Below, one piece after another: positions 1 through 6,971 of a stretch of 10,403 nt of DNA. The notes beneath the pieces are model-generated. The model was not told the origin of the DNA and did not search any database. It saw only the letters and a list, made by a program, of their open reading frames with translations. This stretch comes from Candidatus Hermodarchaeota archaeon. GTDB taxonomy: Archaea > Asgardarchaeota > Hermodarchaeia > Hermodarchaeales > Hermodarchaeaceae. The stretch lies in assembly GCA_016839365.1 (NCBI GenBank), contig JAEOUH010000030.1, forward strand, positions 1-10,403, given 5' to 3'. Position 1 is the stretch's first letter. Each line of letters begins with the position of its first letter. The position numbers and the translations under genes were made by a program.

Positions 1-2
1 CG

Positions 3-1655
3 AAAATCGACGAGAAAAATCTTGAAATTATTTCCCGCATTGTACAGCAACTAGCTCAGCGACCCAAGGAAACTTTGAGTGATTCAGCACAACACCTTAT
101 GGAGAAAAGTCACAAACTCAACGAACAACTATATTTCCAAACCAAAGACACCCAGATTCGCGCCCAGCTCGCCCTGCAACTCTTGCTTTCAAAGGTCTCC
201 CCCGATCCTTCAGGTAAGGTGATCATGACCTTTCCTACCAAAGATTTGGACAAACTCGAAGATTATGCGACAACAGCAATGCTGGCCCAAGTCAAAGGTC
301 GACAACAAGTAAAAGCCTTGAAAGCGGGATCATTGCTGGTCTGGATTCTTTTACAACACTTAAGTGAAGTCACAGAGAGCAGAGAGATGCAAAAACTGAG
401 AGATGATGCACGAGAGTTTGCAGAACAGACTTTCACGTTTATGCCACCATCAAACGAGTTGACCAGCGAATCGTTCCCCTTTGCCTTCCTCTTACTCCGC
501 AATGTTAACGCCTTAGCCTACGAAGAGCACCCCGCTGAGGAGACGCAATGGGAACAGCTGCTAACACAAAGTGAACAACTCGCCCAAACTCTAGCCAAAG
601 CTGCAGCGGTAAAAGGCGACACGCGAAACGAGATTCTAGCCCTAAGTGCTGCAGGAACTGCCACAGCCAAACTTGCCACGCTTACCGCCGACCGCAGTTC
701 ACAAACCCGTTTGCTCCGAAGAGCAGCTACCCAGTTACAAAAAGCGCTCAAAGTTGTGACCAGCGACAGGGATTCTACAGATATTGAGGCTGTTTTGTCT
801 GAATATACTCAGCTCATGCGTGCCCGCTTATCAGTAACCCCAGCCCTCTCTGCACAAATTCCGATATTTAAAGATTGGAGTCAAACGTATAAGGATGGGA
901 TTAATGCTCTCCAAAGTAGAGATGCTGAAGATGCCGCGAATAGGCTACAAGCCTCACTGATACTCAACGTGGAGGTCCCGCTCACCTTCACACTTCTTAG
1001 TGAAGGTAAAGCAAGCCTTGATTCGGTTCGACGCCAACTGACAGATATGCTCCGTGAAGCCAGTCAAATCGGATTTAAGGACCAAGCAGAGTTAGCACAA
1101 CGGCTAGAACGGCGTTGGGCCTTCCAATTAGGTGATGACTCATTATTAGATGCAGGATATCGCCTCGAAGATGGTGAGACTGGATTCACGTTAGCTGATG
1201 AGCATTTTCGGATCAGTCTTCAGGTTGAGCTTGAGGTAGCGATCGACGGTCATGTATTACAAAAAATTGAAACCTTTCCGTATCTTCGTCCCTCAACCAA
1301 GACCACCGATTTGGTCTGGTACGACATGACTCCCATATTGTCAAGTACTTATGAAGGTGACCAGCTTCAGACATGGCTTACCCTTCTTAACCCTAGCGAA
1401 AACAGTGTTTCCATTGGGTTTTGGCTAGTACCCTCCAAGAACACCACGGCTAATATTACTTTACAGATTCTAGGCACCGAAGCTATGTCTCAAAGTGCAG
1501 AGGGGGTCATGATACAGCTTACTGGCTCTCAGTTGGAAATACCGCGACAACCATCAGTTGCTGAACGACGGGATACGAGGGGAATTCTGATCTACGAGCC
1601 GAAACTCACAGCAGGATTTCCTGATATCATTCGATTGAATTTACGAATTGCTTAG
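3..1655 (+). CDS. Large hypothetical protein, 5'-truncated by the window edge; helical (TPR/solenoid-like) N-terminal part and beta-rich C-terminal domain
   Basis: The frame of the 75..1655 ORF is open back to base 3 (KIDEKNLEIISRIVQQLAQRPKET-LSDSAQ...), so the TTG at 75 is probably not the true start. The N-terminal ~350 aa is L/A/Q/E-rich amphipathic helix. The last ~170 aa shows alternating hydrophobic beta-strand patterns. Ends at TAG 1653-1655. Confidence 0.85.
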   Translation, partial: KIDEKNLEIISRIVQQLAQRPKETLSDSAQHLMEKSHKLNEQLYFQTKDTQIRAQLALQLLLSKVSPDPSGKVIMTFPTKDLDKLEDYATTAMLAQVKGRQQVKALKAGSLLVWILLQHLSEVTESREMQKLRDDAREFAEQTFTFMPPSNELTSESFPFAFLLLRNVNALAYEEHPAEETQWEQLLTQSEQLAQTLAKAAAVKGDTRNEILALSAAGTATAKLATLTADRSSQTRLLRRAATQLQKALKVVTSDRDSTDIEAVLSEYTQLMRARLSVTPALSAQIPIFKDWSQTYKDGINALQSRDAEDAANRLQASLILNVEVPLTFTLLSEGKASLDSVRRQLTDMLREASQIGFKDQAELAQRLERRWAFQLGDDSLLDAGYRLEDGETGFTLADEHFRISLQVELEVAIDGHVLQKIETFPYLRPSTKTTDLVWYDMTPILSSTYEGDQLQTWLTLLNPSENSVSIGFWLVPSKNTTANITLQILGTEAMSQSAEGVMIQLTGSQLEIPRQPSVAERRDTRGILIYEPKLTAGFPDIIRLNLRIA

Positions 1656-1664
1656 CATCAATAG

Positions 1665-1669
1665 TTTTT
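1665..1669 (+). terminator. Possible archaeal oligo-T terminator for the upstream + strand gene
   Basis: TTTTT 10 nt after the stop codon, in a 12-nt convergent spacer. Confidence 0.3.
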
Positions 1670-2288
1670 AGAGCCCAAGTGGTAGACCCCAGAGAACCCA
1701 ATAGACCACTGCTGTTACAAGAATAGCAATAAGGATTCCAGCCAGCAGCTGCGATAGTGAATGCAGTTTTAGCTTCCAGCGAGCCCATGCCACAAGAACT
1801 GCTAAGAGCATGAAGGGTAGGAAAAAGAGACCATACACCCAAATCAATCCAGTAATCGGTCCAGCGACACCCGCGCTATGCGCTGAAACTTTCCAATAAA
1901 GACTCACAAGGCCAATTACTGATGTCACTCCAGCGTACGCGATTGCAATGACAGCCAAAGCATGATTGTGGAAAATCCAGGCAATTAGTGCCCCACTAAA
2001 ATAGATGATGATAGCAGCCAGATAAAGTAGGGGTCGGTCACGACGATTTTTTACATCGAATGTCATTTTTCCGCGCGCAACCATTAACGCGACTGGAAGG
2101 ATGGGACCGATGACGACAAAGATGATTCCAATGATGAAAGATTGCCACGGTTGTATTAACCCGGTTCCAATAGGCGAATAGAAAGCCAAAACAGTAACTG
2201 CGCCCATGGCAATTAGGGGCGGTGATAGAAGATTTGAGAGTACTCGAGCTATGCGGATAGAAATTATTGAATTGTCTAGCTGAGTCAT
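1668..2288 (-). CDS. PAP2/acid-phosphatase superfamily integral membrane protein (divergent motifs)
   Basis: About 6-7 hydrophobic helices. Motifs KNRRDRP (C1-like), KVSAH (C2-like) and ARWKLKLHSLSQ (C3-like SRxxxxxHxxxD/Q). AGGTGAT SD at 2292-2298. Confidence 0.75.
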   Translation of the reverse strand: MTQLDNSIISIRIARVLSNLLSPPLIAMGAVTVLAFYSPIGTGLIQPWQSFIIGIIFVVIGPILPVALMVARGKMTFDVKNRRDRPLLYLAAIIIYFSGALIAWIFHNHALAVIAIAYAGVTSVIGLVSLYWKVSAHSAGVAGPITGLIWVYGLFFLPFMLLAVLVAWARWKLKLHSLSQLLAGILIAILVTAVVYWVLWGLPLGL

Positions 2289-2291
2289 TGC

Positions 2292-2298
2292 ATCACCT
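2292..2298 (-). promoter_or_regulatory. Shine-Dalgarno site (AGGTGAT) of the PAP2-like gene
   Basis: Minus strand reads aAGGTGATgcaATG. Confidence 0.65.
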
Positions 2299-2318
2299 TT
2301 GGAATAGAGCGCATAGCT

Positions 2319-4106
2319 TTAGAGATTCAATTGTTTGAGACAGGATTTCGTTGGTTGACCAGTCTTATCCCATCCACGAAGGCGATAATATTCAGGAAGC
2401 ATCTCCTCAAGATGGGAAACTCGGTTACGAGATCCTCCTTCAGGTAATGGGGTGGAGAAACGTGGAGGGAGGCAGTCATCTTTCGCTGAAAAACCTTCTC
2501 GAATATTGAATAACCGTTCGAGAGTCCAGATTCTCTCGCCAATTTTAAGGAACTCTTTACCAGATATTGTGAGCGAGGTGGCAGCTGAGAGTAGATCAGC
2601 ATAATCTTCCACGCTAAAAGCGAAGGTGGTAAATCGGCATAGAACAAGCGAATCCATTGCCGCGGAGAGATTTTGAAACAGAATCACAAGTCCGGCCTTT
2701 CCCTCAACACGATCGCGATCGACAAGGACGGGTGATCCCAATATCTCAGGTCCTATAAGATAGGCCCGTAAATGGCACCCTCCCCGGTTGGAGGTGGCAT
2801 AAGCTAGAGCGTGTCCTTGAACCCCCCTGGGATCGTAAGCAGGCATTTCTAATCCCTTCACCTGCATTGCTAGTTGGGGTGCGTTATACCGGGTAGCTAA
2901 AGCTTTGGAACCTTGTCCAAGTTCCTTTCCCAATCCACGAACATGGGCTATATCATCGATGAGGTTGAGCAACTCTGCAGTTTTTCCAAATTCATGTGTA
3001 GATTGGAGGTAGCCTTTCTGCATAAGCTCCATCGCACATCCAATGGTGCTGCCTACTGAAATCGTGTCTAGACCTAGCTCATTACACCGATGATTAGCAG
3101 TGGTAATCCATTCGAGATTATTGATTCCACACTGAGGTCCTAAAGCCCAAATAGTCTCATACTCAGGGCCACCTACTTCAGTTCCTTGAACTTGAGAGAT
3201 TCTGCCACAGCCAATTGGACAACCGAAGCAATGGTACCGCTTGGTGAAGAACCGTTCAAGCAGCTTCTCTCCAGAAACGCCTTCGGCATCGTTAAAGGTT
3301 CCCTCTTGGAAGTTGTATGTTGGTAGCATCCCGTATTCATTAATGAGGTTGACTAGCACTGCGGTCCCATATACGGGTAAAGAATTGTTCGTGATAGAAT
3401 CTTTCTTGATAAGGCGACGTGTGCGGTTAACGACGAGATCGAGTTTTTCAGGATCATTTATTGAGATTTGTTTTGTGCCATGAATTACGATGGCCTTCAG
3501 ATGCTTTGCACCCATGACGGCCCCCACACCACCACGACCTGCAGCGCGATGCTTGTCATTCATGATTGCGGCAAGGCTGACCCGATTTTCTCCCCCAGGA
3601 CCGATGCATGCCACTTGGGCTTTGGCATTAGTTTCATCAAGAAGATAATCGGTGGAGGAACTTACCTCTTGACCCCAGACATCCTTCGCTGACCGAAATT
3701 CAACGTCTCCGTCATTAATCCAGAGATAAGTTGGTGATTTTGCACGCCCTTGGAGAACCAAAGCAGCATAGCCCGCCCGGCGGAGCTGTGGACCAAAGTG
3801 TCCTCCACAGTTGGAGTCAAAAATCGTACCAGTTAATGGTGATTTGGTGATTACGGCGACCCGCCCTCCCGTTGGTGCAGATGATGCTGTAAGGGGACCA
3901 ATGGCAAACACCAGAAGATTTTCAGGGGCTAGCGGAGAAATGGCGGGGATTACTTGATCATAGACTAGTTTTACGCCTAGACCACGACCACCTAGATAGT
4001 AGGTAAAAAGCTCAGGTGTGAGTTCTTGTTGTTTCACCGTTTGGTTAGTAAGTGAAATTCGAAGCAGTTTTGTGTCAGAATAGGATTGACTGACCTCATC
4101 TGTCAT
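2319..4106 (-). CDS. aor: Tungsten-containing aldehyde:ferredoxin oxidoreductase (AOR family)
   Basis: 595 aa with AOR-family motifs: YLGGRGLG, KSPLTG...SNCGG, RAAGRGGVGAVMGAKHLKAI, [4Fe-4S] ligands CFGCPIGC plus DSLVLC, pterin-binding GPEYET and LGLDTIS, YDPRG..G.ALAYATSNRGGCH, GERIWTLERLFNIREG, YYRLRGWD..G.P. Confidence 0.96.
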   Translation of the reverse strand: MTDEVSQSYSDTKLLRISLTNQTVKQQELTPELFTYYLGGRGLGVKLVYDQVIPAISPLAPENLLVFAIGPLTASSAPTGGRVAVITKSPLTGTIFDSNCGGHFGPQLRRAGYAALVLQGRAKSPTYLWINDGDVEFRSAKDVWGQEVSSSTDYLLDETNAKAQVACIGPGGENRVSLAAIMNDKHRAAGRGGVGAVMGAKHLKAIVIHGTKQISINDPEKLDLVVNRTRRLIKKDSITNNSLPVYGTAVLVNLINEYGMLPTYNFQEGTFNDAEGVSGEKLLERFFTKRYHCFGCPIGCGRISQVQGTEVGGPEYETIWALGPQCGINNLEWITTANHRCNELGLDTISVGSTIGCAMELMQKGYLQSTHEFGKTAELLNLIDDIAHVRGLGKELGQGSKALATRYNAPQLAMQVKGLEMPAYDPRGVQGHALAYATSNRGGCHLRAYLIGPEILGSPVLVDRDRVEGKAGLVILFQNLSAAMDSLVLCRFTTFAFSVEDYADLLSAATSLTISGKEFLKIGERIWTLERLFNIREGFSAKDDCLPPRFSTPLPEGGSRNRVSHLEEMLPEYYRLRGWDKTGQPTKSCLKQLNL

Positions 4107-4112
4107 TTGATT

Positions 4113-4120
4113 CTCCTCCT
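4113..4120 (-). promoter_or_regulatory. Shine-Dalgarno site (AGGAGGAG) of aor, overlapping the deoC stop codon
   Basis: Minus strand reads gatTAGGAGGAGaatcaaATG, consistent with translational coupling of deoC and aor. Confidence 0.8.
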
Positions 4121-4940
4121 AATCATTGAAGACGTTTTGGTCACGGTGGGGACAGGTAACGCAGCGTTGTTTGTACCAAAGATACACTTCTTTGGGTTGT
4201 TTCCCCAAGCTAGCCTGCCGACTTGGACAAGTCCAACAGGGTTTGTCAGGCTCAAGGAAGGTGTCACTGTATCCTGCCCAACGGAACCCTTCGACGATGG
4301 CAACGCCTGAGCTTGTGCCAAGGCGATTTGCACCAGCATCGATCATTCGCAATGCATCCTTGAAGCTGCGGATGCCACCTGCAGCTTTTACTCCCATATC
4401 CGGTCCTACCGTTTCACGCATCAGACGCACATCATACGGTGTTGCACCCATAGGTCCAAATCCAGTGGACGTTTTGACAAAGTGCGCACCAGCATCTTTG
4501 CAGATAAGACAAGCCTTCTGTTTCTCCTCATCAATTAGAAACCCTGTTTCAAGAATCACTTTCACTATCGCATCATCAGCGGCACTAACCACCGCCTTGA
4601 TATCAGATTGAACCAAATCATAGTTCTTGTCTTTTAGAGCACCTATGTTAATGACCATATCAACCTCGGTAGCGCCTTTTTGCACAGCCTGCTTTGTCTC
4701 AAAGGCTTTTACCTCCGAAAGGGTGGCACCCAAGGGAAAGCCAACAACCACACACACATCTACCGATGAGTTCTTCAATAAGTCGATGGCATATTCAACG
4801 TGAACGGGATTGATGCACACCGTAGCAAACTCGTAAGCTAGGGCTTCTTCACATAGTTCTAAAATCTTTGCCCGTTTAGTTTCTGGCTTGAGTCGTGTAT
4901 GATCAATGAATTTGACAAGCTCTTCTACGGTCAATGACAT
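4119..4940 (-). CDS. deoC: 2-deoxyribose-5-phosphate aldolase (DERA) with a Cys4 C-terminal extension
   Basis: [39 protein letters not shown], Schiff-base Lys in [16 protein letters not shown] and phosphate-binding RLGTSSG. A further 56 aa follow the core and contain CWTCP and CVTCP. Confidence 0.96.
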   Translation of the reverse strand: MSLTVEELVKFIDHTRLKPETKRAKILELCEEALAYEFATVCINPVHVEYAIDLLKNSSVDVCVVVGFPLGATLSEVKAFETKQAVQKGATEVDMVINIGALKDKNYDLVQSDIKAVVSAADDAIVKVILETGFLIDEEKQKACLICKDAGAHFVKTSTGFGPMGATPYDVRLMRETVGPDMGVKAAGGIRSFKDALRMIDAGANRLGTSSGVAIVEGFRWAGYSDTFLEPDKPCWTCPSRQASLGKQPKEVYLWYKQRCVTCPHRDQNVFND

Positions 4941-5086
4941 CGTGAATACCTCCTTTGGTTCTCATTTGTGCCCTCATTAAGGATAAACTTGTTTCTTCAT
5001 GAAAATGATGGGATTCCAAAGAACTTCTGCTGCCTGAATAAAGCTTATCTAATTCATTGGGCGAATTCGTGAGTAGGTGCCTGACC
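4941..5086. promoter_or_regulatory. Divergent promoter region between deoC-aor-PAP2 and the M42 peptidase gene
   Basis: 146-nt non-coding gap between head-to-head genes. TATA-like candidates: minus TTTATCC (4982-4988) after purine-rich GAAACAAG; minus TTTATTC (5036-5042); plus CTTATCTA (5044-5051) after ATAAAG. Which boxes are functional cannot be determined from sequence. Confidence 0.55.
4948..4954 (-). promoter_or_regulatory. Shine-Dalgarno site (AGGAGGT) of deoC
   Basis: Minus strand reads aaAGGAGGTattcacgATG. Confidence 0.8.
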
Positions 5087-6175
5087 ATGGATTCAAGACG
5101 AATTAAACTATTACAAACACTGGTGGACTCATTTGGTCCTAGTGGCTTTGAACGCGAAACTAGCGCTCTGGTCGCTGAAGCCATGCGCCCGATTGCCGAT
5201 GAAATCACCATCGACAAACTCGGAAGTGTACAGTTCATCAAAAAGGGGAGCGCTGATAAACCCCGAATCCTTTTCGCTGGTCATGTTGATGAGGTAGGCT
5301 TCATCGTCTCAGGGATTACCAAGGACGGATTTCTTAAGGTCAATCCATTAGGAGGATGGTGGAGTCAAGTTGTATTGGCACAAAAAGTCATTGTGCGAAC
5401 ACGAAAAAATGACCGCTACTTTGGTGTCTTTGGTGCTAAACCGCCTCACATCCTCAAGCCAGATGAACGAAAGAAAGTCGTTGAACTTGATGAGATGTTT
5501 ATCGATGTTGGCGCAAGCTCTGAAGATGATATCAAGGAAATGGGTATCCAAGTTGGCGACCCAATTGTGCCTGATTCCTCGTTTCAACTCATTCGCGATG
5601 ACAGATTAGCGGCAGCCAAAGCTTTTGATGACCGCCTTGGTGCATTTATTGCCATGGAAGTAATCTACCAATTGAAGACTGAAAAGATCGACCATCCAAA
5701 TACTGTAATTGGAGCAGCAACCGTTCAAGAGGAAGTCGGTCTTCGAGGAGCTCGAACCACCGCACATCTCATTCAGCCAGATGTTGGGTTTGCCCTAGAG
5801 GTGGACCTGGCCGGTGATATGCCTGGTATCAAACCCGAACAAGCTGCAACAAAATTAGGCAAAGGACCGGCGATTTGTACAATGGACCGATCAATGATAC
5901 CCAACCAACCACTACTCAACTTCGTTATTCAGACTGCGAAGAAAGAAAAAATTCCCTATCAACTTTCTCAGATGTATGGCGGTGGTACGGATGCAGGTGT
6001 AATCCACATCGATCGGACCGGGTGTCCCAGCCTGGTTATTGGTGTACCGACCCGACACATCCACAGTCATGTTGGCATCCTCAACCTAGATGACGTCGAG
6101 AAGACAATTGATCTTCTTGTCGCTGTGGTAAAAGGACTAGACAAGAAGGTAGTGAAAAGCTTCACAGACCTATAA
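5087..6175 (+). CDS. M42 family metallo-aminopeptidase (TET / FrvX-like)
   Basis: GPSGFE, AGHVDEVG, PLGGW, MFIDVGA, GIQVGD, KAFDDR, VQEEVGLRGA, GGGTDAG, VPTRHIHS. Start placed at ATG 5087 (AGGTG SD at 5075-5079) rather than TTG 5057. Confidence 0.95.
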   Translation: MDSRRIKLLQTLVDSFGPSGFERETSALVAEAMRPIADEITIDKLGSVQFIKKGSADKPRILFAGHVDEVGFIVSGITKDGFLKVNPLGGWWSQVVLAQKVIVRTRKNDRYFGVFGAKPPHILKPDERKKVVELDEMFIDVGASSEDDIKEMGIQVGDPIVPDSSFQLIRDDRLAAAKAFDDRLGAFIAMEVIYQLKTEKIDHPNTVIGAATVQEEVGLRGARTTAHLIQPDVGFALEVDLAGDMPGIKPEQAATKLGKGPAICTMDRSMIPNQPLLNFVIQTAKKEKIPYQLSQMYGGGTDAGVIHIDRTGCPSLVIGVPTRHIHSHVGILNLDDVEKTIDLLVAVVKGLDKKVVKSFTDL

Positions 6176-6212
6176 GACGAAACGTTGAGTAGGTGATGGG
6201 AGCAATCGGAGT

Positions 6213-6917
6213 ATGGCTCTTGAGCTGGTGGTTTTCGACCTCGATGGAACCTTAGTGACCGCTGAAATTAACTTTCGGGCGATGCGCCGTGCCATTCGAG
6301 ATTTATTACTCGAACACGGCTTCCCAGTTGAAGTGCTTCCAATGAACAGTACTCAAGATTTACTCAGAAGTGCCTTTGCTTATGCTGGGAAGCAAGGGAA
6401 ATCACCTGTTGAAATTAGCGAACTGCGTGATAAAGTCTACGCTGCAGCCGTTGAATATGAATGGGAAGGAGCGAAGAATGCCCAACTTGTGCCAGGAGCC
6501 AAAGAGACACTCCAAGCCCTTCAAGACCATGATATCAGGACAGCAATTCTTACTAACGATAACGGTGAAGTGGCCAAGTATCTTCTGGAAAAATTCAAGT
6601 TATCAAAATTAATTGATCTCCTGATATCGCGTGATGATGCCCCGCACATGAAGCCCTCCACTTCGGGTTTGGAACTCATTCTGCGTCAGTTCAATGCAAC
6701 TCCCACAAGTACGCTCTTCATTGGGGACTCGACAATAGACATCATGACGGCGAAAAAACTGGGTATCCCAGTTATCGCTCGCCAGTCGAAACTTCGGACA
6801 GAAGATGAACTCCTTACCGAGGGAGCTCTTGTTGTCTTTCCAACCCTGACCCCGATTATCCCCTATCTTCAGGAGCAGAAAATGCTGTTACCCAGAAGGA
6901 TGAAAACAAAAGGCTGA
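6213..6917 (+). CDS. HAD-superfamily hydrolase, C1 cap (phosphoglycolate phosphatase / nucleotidase-like; substrate unknown)
   Basis: Motif I FDLDGT, motif II ILTND, motif III MKPS, motif IV IGDSTID, with a helical cap between motifs I and II. Confidence 0.92.
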   Translation: MALELVVFDLDGTLVTAEINFRAMRRAIRDLLLEHGFPVEVLPMNSTQDLLRSAFAYAGKQGKSPVEISELRDKVYAAAVEYEWEGAKNAQLVPGAKETLQALQDHDIRTAILTNDNGEVAKYLLEKFKLSKLIDLLISRDDAPHMKPSTSGLELILRQFNATPTSTLFIGDSTIDIMTAKKLGIPVIARQSKLRTEDELLTEGALVVFPTLTPIIPYLQEQKMLLPRRMKTKG

Positions 6918-6971
6918 TATTCGCAGATCTATTCTAGATTGTGTATTGTATCAATTGTGTGTGGATCTTGA

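Noticed and set aside
263-751. Minus-strand ORFs 263..502 and 518..751
   Set aside because: Antisense shadows inside the long plus-strand gene, with no recognisable motifs.
1627-4611. Short alternative ORFs 1627..1842, 2327..2647, 3241..3483, 3468..3692, 4086..4310, 4103..4339 and 4126..4611
   Set aside because: All overlap strongly supported genes (PAP2-like, aor, deoC) in other frames or on the opposite strand and lack protein-like features.
5005-5037. Possible C/D-box sRNA (ATGATGG ... CTGA)
   Set aside because: The C box is imperfect, the span is only about 33 nt, and there are no internal D'/C' boxes.
4903-5241. 112-aa minus-strand ORF upstream of deoC
   Set aside because: It is antisense to the M42 gene, crosses the divergent promoter and overlaps deoC, which has its own strong SD.
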